NCBI GenBank assembly: GCA_049975265.1
Contig: JBNGDF010000016.1
Location: 1-56,910 of the forward strand
Reading direction: 5' to 3'
DNA: 56,910 bases
From: Fidelibacterota bacterium
Lineage (GTDB): Bacteria > Fidelibacterota > UBA2242
Below are positions 36,299 to 49,200 of the stretch, piece by piece; position 1 is the stretch's first letter; each line of letters opens with the position of its first letter. The notes beneath the pieces were generated by a model. That model worked only from the letters and a program-made list of their open reading frames with translations, ran no database searches and was not told the origin of the DNA. Both the position numbers and the translations under genes were made by a program.

Positions 36299-37411
36299 AT
36301 GACCACAATCCAACGATACAAAACAGTACGGTTTTACATTTCAAGCGGGACCGGTAATTCACTGAGAGTGGCGGACTGGATGCGGCAGGTGGCTGCCAAG
36401 CAGGGCGCGGACGTTCAATTGCGTATGATTGATAAAAATCTTCCCAAAATCAAGAAGTCCGATTCAGCCGCCGGTTTGACAGGTATTTTTATGCCGACGC
36501 ACGGTTTCACGGCTCCCTGGAGCGTCATCAAAGCGACACTGCGTTTGCCGCGAGTCAGAAAAACCCATGCTATTGTGGTTGCAACCCAGGGGCGCCTGCA
36601 GTTTAAAAAATGTTTTATTCCGGGTCTGAGCGGCTCGGCGACCTTCCTGATTGCTCTGATTCTGATGCTGAAAGGCTATCGGATCAGGGGTGTTCAGAGC
36701 ATCAACATGCCTTCCAACTGGATGGCGCTGCACTCAGGACAAAAGCCGGCGAATGTTCAGCGAATTATTGAAAACGCCCGGGTTCCCAGCGAGCACTTCA
36801 TCAGGAAAATTCTGGCGGGTCAGCGAAGTTGGTTTACGTTTCTCAATGGGATTGAATTCCTGTTAGGCTTACTGCTGGTGCCGGTCAGTATCGGCTATCT
36901 GCTGTATGCAAAAACAGCCCTTGCCAAACTTTTTTTTGTGAACCGGAGATGCACCGGTTGCGGATTGTGTGCGGAATATTGCCCGAACGCTGCCATCCTG
37001 ATGAAAGGGAAAAATCACAAGTATCCCTTTTGGACATTCCACTGTGAGAGTTGCATGCGCTGTATGGCATTTTGTCCTCAGAAAGCGATTGAAGTTCAGC
37101 AACTTTCCGCCTTTTTGGTCTGGAAAGTGGTCTCTCTGGCGACTTTTTTCACCGCTTTCGCTTATCTCCGGAAATTGACGGGATTTGATTTGCCAGTGCA
37201 TAATAAAGTTGTTCTGAGAATCTGGCATTATGGATATTATCTCGGTGTCTGGTATATTTTTTCGAAAATTTTATTCTGGATCAGCAGGATACCGATCATC
37301 AACTGTATTTTGAATTTTACGACATTGACGGTTTTTTATCGTCGTTATCGGGAACCTGACACAAATTTTCAAGTTGTGAAAGGGAAGGTTAAATTTTTAA
37401 GGAGGAAATAA
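36299..37411 (+). CDS. EFR1-like flavodoxin/ferredoxin protein
   Basis: SGTGNS flavodoxin loop, [17 protein letters not shown] and [12 protein letters not shown] 4Fe-4S motifs. Confidence 0.85.
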   Translation: MTTIQRYKTVRFYISSGTGNSLRVADWMRQVAAKQGADVQLRMIDKNLPKIKKSDSAAGLTGIFMPTHGFTAPWSVIKATLRLPRVRKTHAIVVATQGRLQFKKCFIPGLSGSATFLIALILMLKGYRIRGVQSINMPSNWMALHSGQKPANVQRIIENARVPSEHFIRKILAGQRSWFTFLNGIEFLLGLLLVPVSIGYLLYAKTALAKLFFVNRRCTGCGLCAEYCPNAAILMKGKNHKYPFWTFHCESCMRCMAFCPQKAIEVQQLSAFLVWKVVSLATFFTAFAYLRKLTGFDLPVHNKVVLRIWHYGYYLGVWYIFSKILFWISRIPIINCILNFTTLTVFYRRYREPDTNFQVVKGKVKFLRRK

Positions 37412-37413
37412 AG

Positions 37414-39066
37414 GTGTTAGCTAAGATCAATCCGCAGAGTACCAACGCCTGGAAATTGCTGCAAGCGCATTTTAAGGAGATGCGGGATGTGCACCTGCGG
37501 GAGCTGTTTGCGCAGGATCCGGAGCGTTTCGAGCGGTTTTCACTGCGCCATGGGGACATTCTGGTGGATTATTCCAAAAATATCATCACCGCCGAAACCC
37601 TGCGCCTGTTGCAGCAGCTGGCAGGGGAAACCCACGTTGCAGAAGCGATTGAGCAGATGTTCGCCGGTGAGCCTATCAACGAAACCGAAGACCGGGCGGT
37701 TTTGCACATAGCCTTGCGGAATCTTTCCGGCGAACCGGTCTTTGTCGATGGCGAAGATGTCATGCCGAATGTAAATGCGGTGCTGGATCAGATGAGGATT
37801 TTCACAGAGAAAGTTATCTCAGGTAAATGGAGAGGATTTACCAATAAGAGGATCACCGATATTGTCAATATCGGGATCGGCGGCTCGGACCTCGGACCTC
37901 GCATGGTGACCGAAGCCTTGAAGCCCTATGCCAATCCGGCTCTGAAGGTGCATTTTGTTTCCAATGTGGACGGTACTCATCTGGCGGAGACATTAAAACC
38001 GCTCGATCCGGAGACAACCCTTTTTGTCATTGTATCAAAGACATTTACGACGCAGGAGACCATGACCAACGCCGGAAGTGCGAAGAGGTGGGTGCTGGAA
38101 AAACTGGCTGATGAGGCGGCAATTGCCCGACATTTCGTGGCGGTTTCCACCAATGTAGAAACGGTAAAGGCGTTTGGTATCGACCCGGATAATATGTTTC
38201 GGTTCTGGGATTGGGTCGGGGGGCGCTATTCGCTCTGGTCGGCGGTGGGATTCTCCATCGCCTGTTCGATTGGTTTCGATCATTTCAGAGAGCTACTGGC
38301 GGGTGCCCATGCCATGGACCGGCATTTCCGGGAGAGCCCTTTTGAGCGGAATATTCCGGTGATTCTGGCGCTACTGGGCATCTGGTATCGCAACTTTTTC
38401 AATGCCGCCACCTGGGCGATTTTGCCCTATGAGCAGTATTTACAGCACCTGCCGGCGTATCTGCAGCAGCTGGATATGGAGAGCAACGGCAAAGGTGTCG
38501 ATCGCAATGGCAGGGCAGTCGATTATCAGACCGGACCGATTGTCTGGGGTGAGCCGGGTACGAACGGGCAGCATGCCTTTTATCAATTAATACATCAGGG
38601 GACGCAGCTGGTGCCCTGCGATTTTCTGGCGGCTGCCCGGTCACACAACGGGATTGGCGATCACCACTGCAAACTGCTGGCGAATTTTCTGTCCCAGACC
38701 GAAGCCCTGATGAAGGGGAAAACGGAATCGGAGGTGCGGGAAGAGCTGCGCGCTGCGGGTCGGGCGGCAGAGAAAATCGATACACTACTCCCTTTTAAGG
38801 TTTTTCGGGGGAATGTCCCCAGCAACTCGATACTGTACCGGAAATTAACACCCCGGGTTTTGGGTGGTCTGATTGCCATGTATGAACATAAAATCTTTGT
38901 ACAGGGGATTATCTGGAATATTTTCTCTTTTGATCAATGGGGTGTCGAGCTGGGGAAGCAGATGGCAGGGGAGATTTTGATGGAACTCGAGACCGATAAG
39001 GAGATTCATTCCCACGACAGCTCCACCAATGGTCTGATAAATCAGTATAAAAAGATGCGGAAATAG
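37414..39066 (+). CDS. pgi: Glucose-6-phosphate isomerase
   Basis: [59 protein letters not shown]. Confidence 0.97.
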   Translation: MLAKINPQSTNAWKLLQAHFKEMRDVHLRELFAQDPERFERFSLRHGDILVDYSKNIITAETLRLLQQLAGETHVAEAIEQMFAGEPINETEDRAVLHIALRNLSGEPVFVDGEDVMPNVNAVLDQMRIFTEKVISGKWRGFTNKRITDIVNIGIGGSDLGPRMVTEALKPYANPALKVHFVSNVDGTHLAETLKPLDPETTLFVIVSKTFTTQETMTNAGSAKRWVLEKLADEAAIARHFVAVSTNVETVKAFGIDPDNMFRFWDWVGGRYSLWSAVGFSIACSIGFDHFRELLAGAHAMDRHFRESPFERNIPVILALLGIWYRNFFNAATWAILPYEQYLQHLPAYLQQLDMESNGKGVDRNGRAVDYQTGPIVWGEPGTNGQHAFYQLIHQGTQLVPCDFLAAARSHNGIGDHHCKLLANFLSQTEALMKGKTESEVREELRAAGRAAEKIDTLLPFKVFRGNVPSNSILYRKLTPRVLGGLIAMYEHKIFVQGIIWNIFSFDQWGVELGKQMAGEILMELETDKEIHSHDSSTNGLINQYKKMRK

Positions 39067-39078
39067 AGAGGAAAATCT

Positions 39079-39891
39079 ATGATTGAATGGTTTAAGACAC
39101 TGCATCCGGTGGTTCAGGCGTTGCTGGCAACCTGTTTTACCTGGGGTTTGACGGCGGCGGGAGCCGCGGTGGTATTTCTATTTAAAACGATCAACCAGCG
39201 GATTCTGGACGGGATGCTGGGCTTTGCGGCGGGTATAATGATTGCCGCCAGTTACTGGTCGCTTTTGGCACCGGCAATCGAGATGACGGAGGAATCCGGC
39301 GGGATTTCCTGGTTGCCGGCGGTTGTGGGCTTTTTGCTGGGCGGCATTTTTCTGCGGATTGTGGATGGCGTGCTGCCGCATCTGCATATCGGTTTTCCCG
39401 ATGAGGAGAGGGAAGGAATCAAAACCCACTGGCGGCGAAGTGTGTTGCTGGTGCTGGCGATTACGCTGCACAATTTTCCCGAAGGTTTGGCGGTGGGTGT
39501 AGCGTTTGGTGCCCTGGGGGCTGATTTTCCGGTGGCTACTCTGGCAGGCGCCGTAACGCTTGCGATTGGGATTGGGATTCAGAATTTACCGGAAGGAACA
39601 GCGGTGGCGGTGCCCCTGCGCAGGGAGGGTCTGAGCCGGTTTAAGAGTTTCTGGTACGGGCAGTTGTCGGGAATCGTGGAACCGGTTGCCGGTGTGCTGG
39701 GAGCGGCAGCGGTGCTGTTGATGAAGCCGCTTCTGCCCTATGCTCTCGCCTTTGCCGCCGGCGCCATGATCTATGTGGTCATTGAGGAGTTGATTCCCGA
39801 ATCACAGTTAAAATCCAACAGTGATATCGCAACTTCCGGAGCGATGATTGGTTTTGCCCTGATGATGCTGCTGGATGTAGCCCTGGGTTGA
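39079..39891 (+). CDS. ZIP family metal transporter (GufA/ZupT-like)
   Basis: AITLHNFPEGLAVG, IGIQNLPEG, SGIVEP, EELIPE. Confidence 0.92.
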   Translation: MIEWFKTLHPVVQALLATCFTWGLTAAGAAVVFLFKTINQRILDGMLGFAAGIMIAASYWSLLAPAIEMTEESGGISWLPAVVGFLLGGIFLRIVDGVLPHLHIGFPDEEREGIKTHWRRSVLLVLAITLHNFPEGLAVGVAFGALGADFPVATLAGAVTLAIGIGIQNLPEGTAVAVPLRREGLSRFKSFWYGQLSGIVEPVAGVLGAAAVLLMKPLLPYALAFAAGAMIYVVIEELIPESQLKSNSDIATSGAMIGFALMMLLDVALG

Positions 39892-40170
39892 TGTATAATT
39901 GTCTTTAAATCTGGTTTAATTTCGTAATCCAGATCACAGAATATTCACTGGTAAATCATCATTGGATTTACTATGTGTTTGCCGTCACAGTTTAGATGAT
40001 CCGGTTTGATTAAATAATGCCATGCGCAGAAAAAACAGACAAACAATGAACATTCAATTCTGTAGGTAAATGGATTTTTTAAGATTAAATTTAGCACCGA
40101 TTTTTAAGGAACGGTCAATTCATTTTCAAACTTTAAACATCAACAACGTAAAACCAAACAGGAGGAAGTA

Positions 40171-43100
40171 ATGAGAAACGGGTTAATAATTTTAATGGCG
40201 GCTGTCCTGCTGGTTTCCTTTGCGTGGGCGGAGGATTCGAACCAGGCGGTGAAGCGGGTGCAGTGGAGCCGCGAAATGACACGACTAACCAAGCCGGAGA
40301 CAGATCGGGTAAAGTCCGACGCTCCGGTTCAGATTCAAACCAGAAGCGATCGCGCGGAGCTGCAGCGGATTCAAATGAGCAAGACGCAGCGGTTGAAGAC
40401 AGCCCATAAGGTTCAGAACCGGCTGCAGCCGTTGCAGAGTCCGGCTGTGTTTCAGCCTGTCCCGAAAAGCCGGGTAAAATTCGGACCGGGCTTGGCGAAG
40501 TCGGTGATGCCGATTGATACCATGGCACTGCGACCTGGTGAACCGGATACGATCGGTTATATTGCCAGTAGTTCGTTCGTTTTCCAGGTCTTTTCCAGTG
40601 ATACGGTTGCACTTGAATTCTGGGTTGATAACGGAGACGGTGTATTCGGCTACGACGATTTTTATATCAAAATGGAAACAGAAGACGGTGGTCCGGTCAA
40701 GGTCTGGGATGGCGTGGAGTTTGACGAAACGCCAGCCGGAGACGGCATTTTCCAGGCGACGATGAATACATCCAGTTCGTCCGACGGTCCCGAGCCCTTT
40801 TTCGGTTTGCAGAACTGCATCGTGTATGTTCTCGGCTGGAATATGCTGGGGACAGAAACGTTCGAAGGAGTTGCCTATGTAGGTGCACCCGATGAAAATA
40901 CCAGTATCGCCGGGACGGTTACAGTGGAAGATACCGCCGGAGCTGCCAATGTAGTTGTCTGGGCGGCAAAAATGCCGGCAGATTCGTCGTATTATGAATG
41001 GGAGCCGGAAGCGTTTTATGTAACCATGACGAATGAGGTTGGAAGTTATTGGATCGAGATTCCGGATATGTATCGGGGTAACTATGTGATCGGAATTGCC
41101 GATATCTGGGGCTTATATCCCGGCTATTTTGCAGACCCCGCAGAATTGGATATGTATGTCGGTGGTGATATTGCCGGTGTCAATTTCTCCTTGGTGCAGG
41201 GCAATGCGACCATTTCCGGTGTCGTGGAAGATGAAAACGCCATGGGTATCGGCGGTGTCCGGATCGGTGCCTGGGGACCTTACGGTGATGTGGAGGTTGT
41301 GACAGAGCCTGATGGTTCATTTTCGATTCCGGCGATGCCCGGCTGGTGGGAAGTGGATATTGAGGATGACGACATCCATGGTCAATATATGTTGTCCTGG
41401 GTTAAGTCATTGGAAGTATACGAGGGTGATAATTCCTTGAATTTCACGCTCTATTCACTGAACTCTTCCTTTACGGGTATGGTGACGACCACGACCAGCG
41501 CCCCTCTGGCAGATGTGGAGATTTACACCGACATATGGCTGGAGGCGGACGGCGCTTATTACTACAATTGGACCAAGACCGATGCCTCCGGTAACTATGT
41601 CCTGAGAGTATCGGATTTATTGCAGGGCATCACCTATGACTGGGGTGAAGGCTGGGTTGATACCAGTTCTTACTGGGTCAGTGCCTGGATGGAAGATGTT
41701 CTCTTTACACCGGAGTCCTATCATCATCAATATGCCCCCGCCAGCGGTTTGGATTTTACGGCGATTGTCGCCGATGCATCTCTCAATGGCACGGTCTATG
41801 ACGCCAACACGTATAATCCTATCTATGATGCCCCGGTGCATGCCTATTTCCAGAACGAAGAAGGGATGTATTTTGATTACTGGGTCAATTCCGATGAAAC
41901 GGGTTATTATGAATTACCTTTGTTTGGCGGAACAGTAAGCGAGCCCAATTTCTGGACGATTGAAGTCTGGTATCCCCATGAGTGGATGGCACCGTCAGTT
42001 TTCGATTCGCTTAGTGTCGTTTCAGGGAATAATTACATCAGAGATTACTATATCAGTCCACCGGTTACGGAAGGCATGATTGAGGGCTATGTCTATGATG
42101 AAAATGGGAACGGGATCGGCAATGCCCGGGTCGAAATCTACGGTCCGGATTATTACGAAATCTACACCGATGGAAGTGGCTATTTCTCCGTCAATCATGT
42201 ACCCTTCGGCATGTACGGTGCCACGGCTTATGCCGAAGGATACGATCCCTATGATATTTACGATTTCTGGGTAGGTCAAAACCCGGTCTACCTGGAATTC
42301 TGGATGGGCACGATTGTCGGCAACATCCAGGTCAACGGCTATGTTGTCGACCAGGCGAACCAACCCATCATTGGTGCCCTGATGATGCTGTATAACTGGG
42401 AATTTAGCGAGCCTTTCACCATTTTAACCGGTGACAGTGGCAATTTTAACATCAAGGTTAAACCGGGCTGGTACGATTTTCAGGTCGGCGCCAATGGATT
42501 TGGAGCCGTCGGACAAAGCCTGGATATTACGAATGATACCACTATGGTTTTCACCTTGAATGGTATGGTGTTGCCCGATACGCTGACCGGCGATGTGATG
42601 GATGATATGGGTTACCCGTTGCGTAAGGTATTTGTCTACATGGAAAAATACAATTACGAAAACAGTGAAATCGAGTATATGGGCTATACCTACAGCGATG
42701 TCAACGGAAAATACAAACTCGCCTTGCCAAAGGGTGAGATCGACGCCATGTACACCAAGAGCGGTTTTAACCCCGAATGGCGCTTTTATGATTTCCAGGG
42801 CAGCACAACGGTGGATCCGGTTATTCTGTATCCCACAATACATGTTTTCGGTCCGGAACTGCTCGATGTTACCGATGTTCCCGAAGATCACGGCAAGCAG
42901 GTGCGTCTGACCTGGAAGCGGGCGGAAGGTCTGCAGGGCTCGGTGAGAGAGTATCAGATCTGGCGTGCCATCCAGCCGTTCAATGGTGATCAGCCGACTC
43001 CCGAAATGGACTATGCCTGGGACTTTGTCACCACCGTTCCGGTCTGTCCCGAAATGGAGATCTACAACGTCGTGGTTCCGACCCTCTACGATGCTATCGG

Positions 43101-43782
43101 TAATGATATTCACTGGACCGGCTTCGTGGTAACCGCCATCGGCTGGGACAGCTGGAATTACTGGAATTCCAATCTGCTGGCGGGATATTCGATTGACAAT
43201 CTGCCGCCGGAGGTTCCGACCGGTCTGGGCGCTCTGCCCGGCAGCGAATCCATTTCGCTGCAGTGGGATGCAGTGACCAGCGAAAAGGTCAAATATTATA
43301 CGATCTACCGGAAAACCACATCAGCGGATTTTGAATTAGTCGGTTACTCCACAGGGACAGAGTATGTGGATGACAGTGCCGTTCTGTCAGAAACAAATAC
43401 CTACGTCGTTACGGCAACGGATTTCGGACAGAATGAATCGGCACAGTCGGAGCCGGTTACGGTGAATGCCATCGTGGCAATCGATCAACAGGCTGAAATT
43501 CCCACCGAATTCGCCCTGAAACCGAACTATCCGAACCCTTTCAATCCGGAAACGACGATTGAATTTGCACTGCCGAAAACCAGTAAGGTTACTCTGACGA
43601 TCTACAACCTGACCGGTCAACTGGTTCAGCAGTTGGTTCAGGATGAATTTTCCGCCGGCTACCAGAAGGTTGTCTGGGACGGCAAAGATTATCGCGGACA
43701 CGCGGTTGGCAGCGGTGTCTATATTTATACGCTGAAAGCCGGTGATTTTCATCAAACCCGCAAGATGATTCTGATGCGCTGA
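40171..43782 (+). CDS. Large secreted protein with repeated carboxypeptidase-regulatory-like beta-sandwich domains, an Fn3-like domain and a T9SS-like/FlgD C-terminal domain
   Basis: Signal peptide; repeated I.G.V.D…PI…T…G.Y units; DVPEDHGKQVRLTW; DNLPPEVP; NYPNPFNPET…WDG…SGVYIY…RKMILMR; no catalytic motif recognised. Confidence 0.8.
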   Translation: MRNGLIILMAAVLLVSFAWAEDSNQAVKRVQWSREMTRLTKPETDRVKSDAPVQIQTRSDRAELQRIQMSKTQRLKTAHKVQNRLQPLQSPAVFQPVPKSRVKFGPGLAKSVMPIDTMALRPGEPDTIGYIASSSFVFQVFSSDTVALEFWVDNGDGVFGYDDFYIKMETEDGGPVKVWDGVEFDETPAGDGIFQATMNTSSSSDGPEPFFGLQNCIVYVLGWNMLGTETFEGVAYVGAPDENTSIAGTVTVEDTAGAANVVVWAAKMPADSSYYEWEPEAFYVTMTNEVGSYWIEIPDMYRGNYVIGIADIWGLYPGYFADPAELDMYVGGDIAGVNFSLVQGNATISGVVEDENAMGIGGVRIGAWGPYGDVEVVTEPDGSFSIPAMPGWWEVDIEDDDIHGQYMLSWVKSLEVYEGDNSLNFTLYSLNSSFTGMVTTTTSAPLADVEIYTDIWLEADGAYYYNWTKTDASGNYVLRVSDLLQGITYDWGEGWVDTSSYWVSAWMEDVLFTPESYHHQYAPASGLDFTAIVADASLNGTVYDANTYNPIYDAPVHAYFQNEEGMYFDYWVNSDETGYYELPLFGGTVSEPNFWTIEVWYPHEWMAPSVFDSLSVVSGNNYIRDYYISPPVTEGMIEGYVYDENGNGIGNARVEIYGPDYYEIYTDGSGYFSVNHVPFGMYGATAYAEGYDPYDIYDFWVGQNPVYLEFWMGTIVGNIQVNGYVVDQANQPIIGALMMLYNWEFSEPFTILTGDSGNFNIKVKPGWYDFQVGANGFGAVGQSLDITNDTTMVFTLNGMVLPDTLTGDVMDDMGYPLRKVFVYMEKYNYENSEIEYMGYTYSDVNGKYKLALPKGEIDAMYTKSGFNPEWRFYDFQGSTTVDPVILYPTIHVFGPELLDVTDVPEDHGKQVRLTWKRAEGLQGSVREYQIWRAIQPFNGDQPTPEMDYAWDFVTTVPVCPEMEIYNVVVPTLYDAIGNDIHWTGFVVTAIGWDSWNYWNSNLLAGYSIDNLPPEVPTGLGALPGSESISLQWDAVTSEKVKYYTIYRKTTSADFELVGYSTGTEYVDDSAVLSETNTYVVTATDFGQNESAQSEPVTVNAIVAIDQQAEIPTEFALKPNYPNPFNPETTIEFALPKTSKVTLTIYNLTGQLVQQLVQDEFSAGYQKVVWDGKDYRGHAVGSGVYIYTLKAGDFHQTRKMILMR

Positions 43783-43800
43783 TCCCGCTGGGATGACGAT

Positions 43801-43829
43801 AAAAGGGGCGGTTTCAACCGCCCCTTTTT
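43801..43829 (+). terminator. Intrinsic (bidirectional) terminator
   Basis: AAAAGGGGCGGT-TTCA-ACCGCCCCTTTTT. Confidence 0.9.
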
Positions 43830-43851
43830 CATATTGAATCTGAGGGTTGGA

Positions 43852-45465
43852 ATGTCTATTTTAGATTTACGTTGGAATATGCGCTGCTGTATCCTTATCA
43901 CTTTTGTCTTTCTGCTGACGATCCGTGGATTTTCAGCGGACGAATCGGAAATTTTTGCCGAGCGACCTGAAATTTATTTTCGCTTCCTGATTCAATCCCG
44001 GGCGGAAATCGGTACGATTACCCGAATCGTATCCATTGATAATGTCGTTGATGATACGGTTTATGCATATGCGAATCGCTCTGAATTTGACCGGTTTAAG
44101 GCATTACAAAAGAGCTATGAAATCCTGACGCCGCCGGCGCTCATGCAGAAAATAAAGATGTCTGACAGGGCAATCAAGAGTTACGGCTGGGACAGCTATC
44201 CGACCTATCCGGCGTATCGGGATATGATGTACCGGTTTGCCGACGATTATCCGGCAATCTGCCGGATTGACAGCATCGGAGCGTCGGTTCAGGGGCGCGG
44301 CATTTTCTTCGCTGTAATCACCGATAATGTCCAAAGCGAAGAAGCCGAGCCGGAAGTCATGTACACCGCGACCATGCACGGTGATGAAACCACCGGCTAT
44401 ATCCTGATGCTGCGCCTGGTGGATTATCTCCTGTCCAATTATGCCATCGATAAACAGGTAACCAGCCTGGTGGATCATCTGGAAATCTGGATCAATCCGC
44501 TGGCGAATCCCGATGGTACCTATTTCAACGGCGACTCCACGGTCTTCGGAGCAACCCGTTCTAATGCCAACGGCGTCGATCTGAATCGAAATTTTCCCGA
44601 TCCGGAGCAGGGCGAACACCCGGATGGTAATGCCTGGCAGCCGGAGACCATCGCCATGATGGAGCTGGCGGAGCGGCAGAATTTTGTCCTCTCGGCTAAT
44701 TTTCACGGCGGTACGGAGGTGCTGAACTATCCATGGGATTGCAAACCAACACGCCATGCCGATGACGACTGGCTGATCCGGCTCTGTCGGCAATATGCTG
44801 ATACCGTGCATGCCCATAGTCCGACGGGCTATTTAAGCGATCAGAATAATGGGATCACCAATGGTTACGAATGGTGCGAGATTCACGGTGGTCGTCAGGA
44901 TTACATGACCTACTATCAGCATGGGCGGGAAGTGACGATTGAGATTTCCGATATAAAAATGCCCGCGGCGACAGATATCGGGCTGTATTGGGAGTATAAC
45001 CGCGCCGCCCTGCTGAACTATCTGGCGGCGGCGCTGTCCGGAATTCGCGGGGAGATTCGCGCCGATGATTTAAATACGCTACGGATCAGCATAGTCGGGC
45101 ATGAACAGGATAATTCCTGGGCGATTCCCGACCGGGATTTCGGCGATTTTTACCGCTTCTGCCTGCCGGGAGTCTACTCGCTGCAAATTACAGACGGAGC
45201 GGCATCGGTACTGTTTGAAACTGTCAGTGTGAGGGAATCGCAGGCGACCCGGATTCATATGAAAATCGGGGCTGCGGCACCCGGCGATGTGAATGCCGAT
45301 GGTTCGATGGATGTGGCGGATGTCGTTCTGATTCGCAATTATATTGACGGACGTCTGCAGCCGGACAGTGAAGCGGCGGAAGCCGCGGACTGGAACGGCG
45401 ATGGCATCATTGACCGGGTGGATTTGGAACGGATTCTCCAGTTTCTGGAATACCTGGTTCCCTGA
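43852..45465 (+). CDS. M14 zinc carboxypeptidase with C-terminal type I dockerin
   Basis: MHGDE, NPDG, RSNANGVDLNRNF, NFHGG, TIEIS; duplicated GDVNADG…D / ADWNGDG…D; start 43852 or 43879. Confidence 0.88.
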   Translation: MSILDLRWNMRCCILITFVFLLTIRGFSADESEIFAERPEIYFRFLIQSRAEIGTITRIVSIDNVVDDTVYAYANRSEFDRFKALQKSYEILTPPALMQKIKMSDRAIKSYGWDSYPTYPAYRDMMYRFADDYPAICRIDSIGASVQGRGIFFAVITDNVQSEEAEPEVMYTATMHGDETTGYILMLRLVDYLLSNYAIDKQVTSLVDHLEIWINPLANPDGTYFNGDSTVFGATRSNANGVDLNRNFPDPEQGEHPDGNAWQPETIAMMELAERQNFVLSANFHGGTEVLNYPWDCKPTRHADDDWLIRLCRQYADTVHAHSPTGYLSDQNNGITNGYEWCEIHGGRQDYMTYYQHGREVTIEISDIKMPAATDIGLYWEYNRAALLNYLAAALSGIRGEIRADDLNTLRISIVGHEQDNSWAIPDRDFGDFYRFCLPGVYSLQITDGAASVLFETVSVRESQATRIHMKIGAAAPGDVNADGSMDVADVVLIRNYIDGRLQPDSEAAEAADWNGDGIIDRVDLERILQFLEYLVP

Positions 45466-45545
45466 AATTATTGCTTTACTATTTCCGTGCGATTGTGTAA
45501 TCTAAGAGTGCAATGCTAAATCTGAAGATCAAATTTAATAATTAG

Positions 45546-46196
45546 GTGATGAAAAAGGTCATTGCTATCATTGCCGGTTTTATATTCCTCATGGGATGTG
45601 CGGCGCATCCGACCATCAGCCCGATTCCATTGAAGGAGGATGAGGTGCAGACCGCCATTACCTTCTCCTACGAAAACATATTGCCGGTTTTTGTCTATCG
45701 CCGGGGCATCAGCGATGTCAGCGACTACGGTATTCGTATCGGTTTACCAATCTATGGTTCCGGGATTGATTATTCCCATACGGTTTTTCAACGGGGAGAT
45801 TTTTACGACATTATCAATTTTGCCTTTTCGCTGACGCCCAATTCCAGTTTTGATATGACCTATTACAGCGTCCGCACCTTTCCGATCAAGCCGGGCAACG
45901 CTCTCTATTCCGGTTTCCGGGCAATGTACATTCCCAAAGGAATTAACGGGAATGAGAGCATCCGGGTCGGTGCACTCCTGGGGCTGCTGATCAGCCAAAA
46001 GGTCGGCATCGAACTGGGCTATTTTCACGATCTGGACAAAGGGCAGCCAATCGAGAAGATTCTCTCAATGGAGCCGGACAACGATCCCCGCTATCCAGCG
46101 ATTACGGATTTTGGATTTCCCTCGGAAAATTCCCGGCTCGTCGGACTCTCCCTGCAGGTCTCGCTGAGCACCGCCGTTTTTCAGAAAAAGCAGTAA
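45546..46196 (+). CDS. Hypothetical lipoprotein
   Basis: MKK…FLMGC lipobox; beta-strand-rich body. Confidence 0.65.
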   Translation: MMKKVIAIIAGFIFLMGCAAHPTISPIPLKEDEVQTAITFSYENILPVFVYRRGISDVSDYGIRIGLPIYGSGIDYSHTVFQRGDFYDIINFAFSLTPNSSFDMTYYSVRTFPIKPGNALYSGFRAMYIPKGINGNESIRVGALLGLLISQKVGIELGYFHDLDKGQPIEKILSMEPDNDPRYPAITDFGFPSENSRLVGLSLQVSLSTAVFQKKQ

Positions 46197-46265
46197 TCCC
46201 CGCATTATATCACAGATTTTCGGATCATTATTCCGTAAATTATCAGGGTCAATTGATTTTTCGTA

Positions 46266-49200
46266 ATGCAGAAATACAGCCGTCATATATTCATTGTAAT
46301 TCTCATCGTCTGTCAGCAGCTCGGGGCAGTTTCGATCAATGCCCGCCGCTCTTACGATTTGGCACTGCGGGAGCCGAACGCTTCGGAAATAACGCTTACA
46401 TTTTCCATTGCCGACATTTTACTGGCACCTGTAGATATTGACGGTAATACCTTTACCGCAGTACAAATTCCCGAAACCTATGCCTGCCACGTCGTCGGCG
46501 CTCCGCAACTGCCCCTGGTCCGGAAATTGATCAGAATACCGAAAAACAGCCGCATTGAGACCGATGTCGTCGTTCATTCGGAGGAGCTGATCGATCTATC
46601 GTCCGCGGGTTATCCCGATCCGATAATTCCGGTACAGCCCTACCGGCGCAAATCCACCCCGAAACGGGAACCCTTTGCAATGGACCAGACAATATATCAA
46701 GATGATGAATATTACACTCCGGCGACAACCGATGTGCATACGCCGTTCAATCTGGGCGGAATCCGGGCGGTAGCGCTGGATTTTTTCCCGGTCTCCTATA
46801 ATCCGGTTGAGCACAGATTGAAAGTGATTACCGAAGCAACAGTGACAGTCCGTATCATTGAAGAGTCGGTTCTGCGCAAAGCCCTGAAAAAACCGGCGGT
46901 CCACCCCGAAATTGAACGCATCGCCCGAAAAGTGCTGATCAATTACGATAAAGAGGATACGCTGCTGAAAGCCGTTTTATACCCGAATATTCTGGTGATC
47001 ACCGGGGACCGATTTCAGGATAATCCCGATTTACGTGCCTATCTCGGCTGGAAACGGCAGAGCGGTTTTAATCTGGACGTCCGGTCGGTTTCGGCGCTGG
47101 GTGGAACGGCGGAGTCGATTCGCGATTCGATCCGAATCCGGTCCAGGTCTGCAACACCGCCGACGCATGTTCTGCTGGTGGGTGATGTTGCCGATGTACC
47201 AACCTGGACAGGTTTGGCGGCTCGCACGGAAACCGATGCGCCGTATGTCCGGCTGGACGACGATTATATCCCTGACCTGCTGATCGGTCGTTTTGCGGCT
47301 GCCGATGATGCCGGTCTGGCGGCTATGATTGGAAAGTCCCTGGCGTATGAACAGTGCCGTGTGAGCAATATCGGGGCGTTTAACCAGGTGACCTTCATTG
47401 CCTCAGACGATCCGGATTTCTGGGAAGTTGCGGAAGCGTCCCATGATTATGTAATCGGCACTTATCTGAATAACCGGGGTATTGGCAGTACTCATCTCAA
47501 GGGTTATTCTGGTGCCGGTACTGCCGATATTCTCGCGGCTCTGAATGCAGGTAATACCATCTGCCACTACTCCGGTCATGGTCTCGCCGATCGTTGGCAG
47601 GGACCCCAGTTTTTAAAGGGAAATATCGGAGAAATCAGTAGCGGAACACTGCCGATGCTGGTGATCAGCAATGCCTGTCTGACCGGTAGTTTTGCGGAAA
47701 CGGAGTGCTTCGGCGAGAGCTGGATACGGACCACTGACCGGGGTGCGTTCGCCTTTATCGGTGCCTCCAATTCCACTTACTGGGAACAGGACGACATCAT
47801 GGAACGGGCAATGTATGACGGCTATTTCCGGGATGGTGAAACCGGTGTCGGCGGGATGCTGTACCAGGGACTACTGGAGGTTTATATGGCGACGTTGGCG
47901 ATGAATGATACGACAACGTTTCAATATTATTACGATGTTTATAATATTCTAGGCGATCCGTCAATTAAATCCCGGATAGGGATTCCCGCTCAGACAGTGG
48001 CGAGCTACCGTCCCGTGGTCGAAATGACGGAGGATCAATTCTCATTATCCGTAATGAATGATGACGGGTGGTTGACGAATGCCGTTGTTACACTGGTACA
48101 GAACGAAAGACTGATCGCCCGTGGTGAAACCGGCAGTGACGGACCGCTGGTTCTGCCGGTAAACCGCAGCTTGTTGCAGATGGGCGACATTCTCCTGACG
48201 GTTACCCATGACGAGCAGATTCCGCTGATCGATACACTGACGGTGGTTTCACCGCTGACCATTGGGATCGAACCGGCGTCCGTCACGGTGGGACAGGAAG
48301 CCCTTGTCACGGTCACCGTTCAGGATGAAAATGCAAACCCTGTCGAAGGGGCGGAGATTATTCTGGCAGGCTGGACGGTGGATAGCGACAGCCTCTTGGG
48401 AATGACCGATTCCACGGGGCTGCTGGAATTTAATTTTCGCCCGAAATACGGTGAAAATCTGCTGATCAGCGGTCGTCTGCCGGATGAAACCCATAACGCC
48501 TTCATTGAGACGCTGGCAGTGACAGGTGCGATGAGCTTTTCGAATCCCGGGATTTCTGCCGGCGTCAATCAATTTGGGATCGAGGGGTCTCTGATTCCAA
48601 ATCAGGTAGGACAGGTCCTGGGAATTGCCGCCGAAGAGGAATTCGGACTTTCAATCCGGGGTTGCGGTGTTGATACATTCAGCGTTAGCTCTTCTCTGGA
48701 GGTTATTCCAAAGGCTGTCGGTCAGCTGCGGGTGGCGCTGCTGAAACCGGGTTTTACTGTTTACGAAAATCTGATAAGCGTTCAAAGAGCCTACGGTACT
48801 CTGGTCTGCTATGTGCATAATGCCGATCTGGCGCCTTTGGAGGAGGTCGGGATTACCGGATACCGCTTGCCCGATATGCTGAATCCCATTTTTTACGGAA
48901 TTACAGATTCTAACGGCGAATTCCGCTACAGTCCGACCTTAGAAGTGGGCTATTACCGCCTGACGGCGGAGAAGTTCGGCTATTTCGATTGGGTGCGGGA
49001 TGATACGGTAAAAATTGATTCAAACCAGTTTTTCATCGCGCTGCCTGAAACGCCGCGGACTGCTGTCAGCGGACAGGTGACCGGCGGCACGGTGCAACGA
49101 CCGCTGGATGCCGTTCTGATGATTGATGAATATTCCACCGGCAGTGCAAAATATTATGATTCCCTGGAGGTTTCTGCATCCGACAATGGCTGTTATGAGA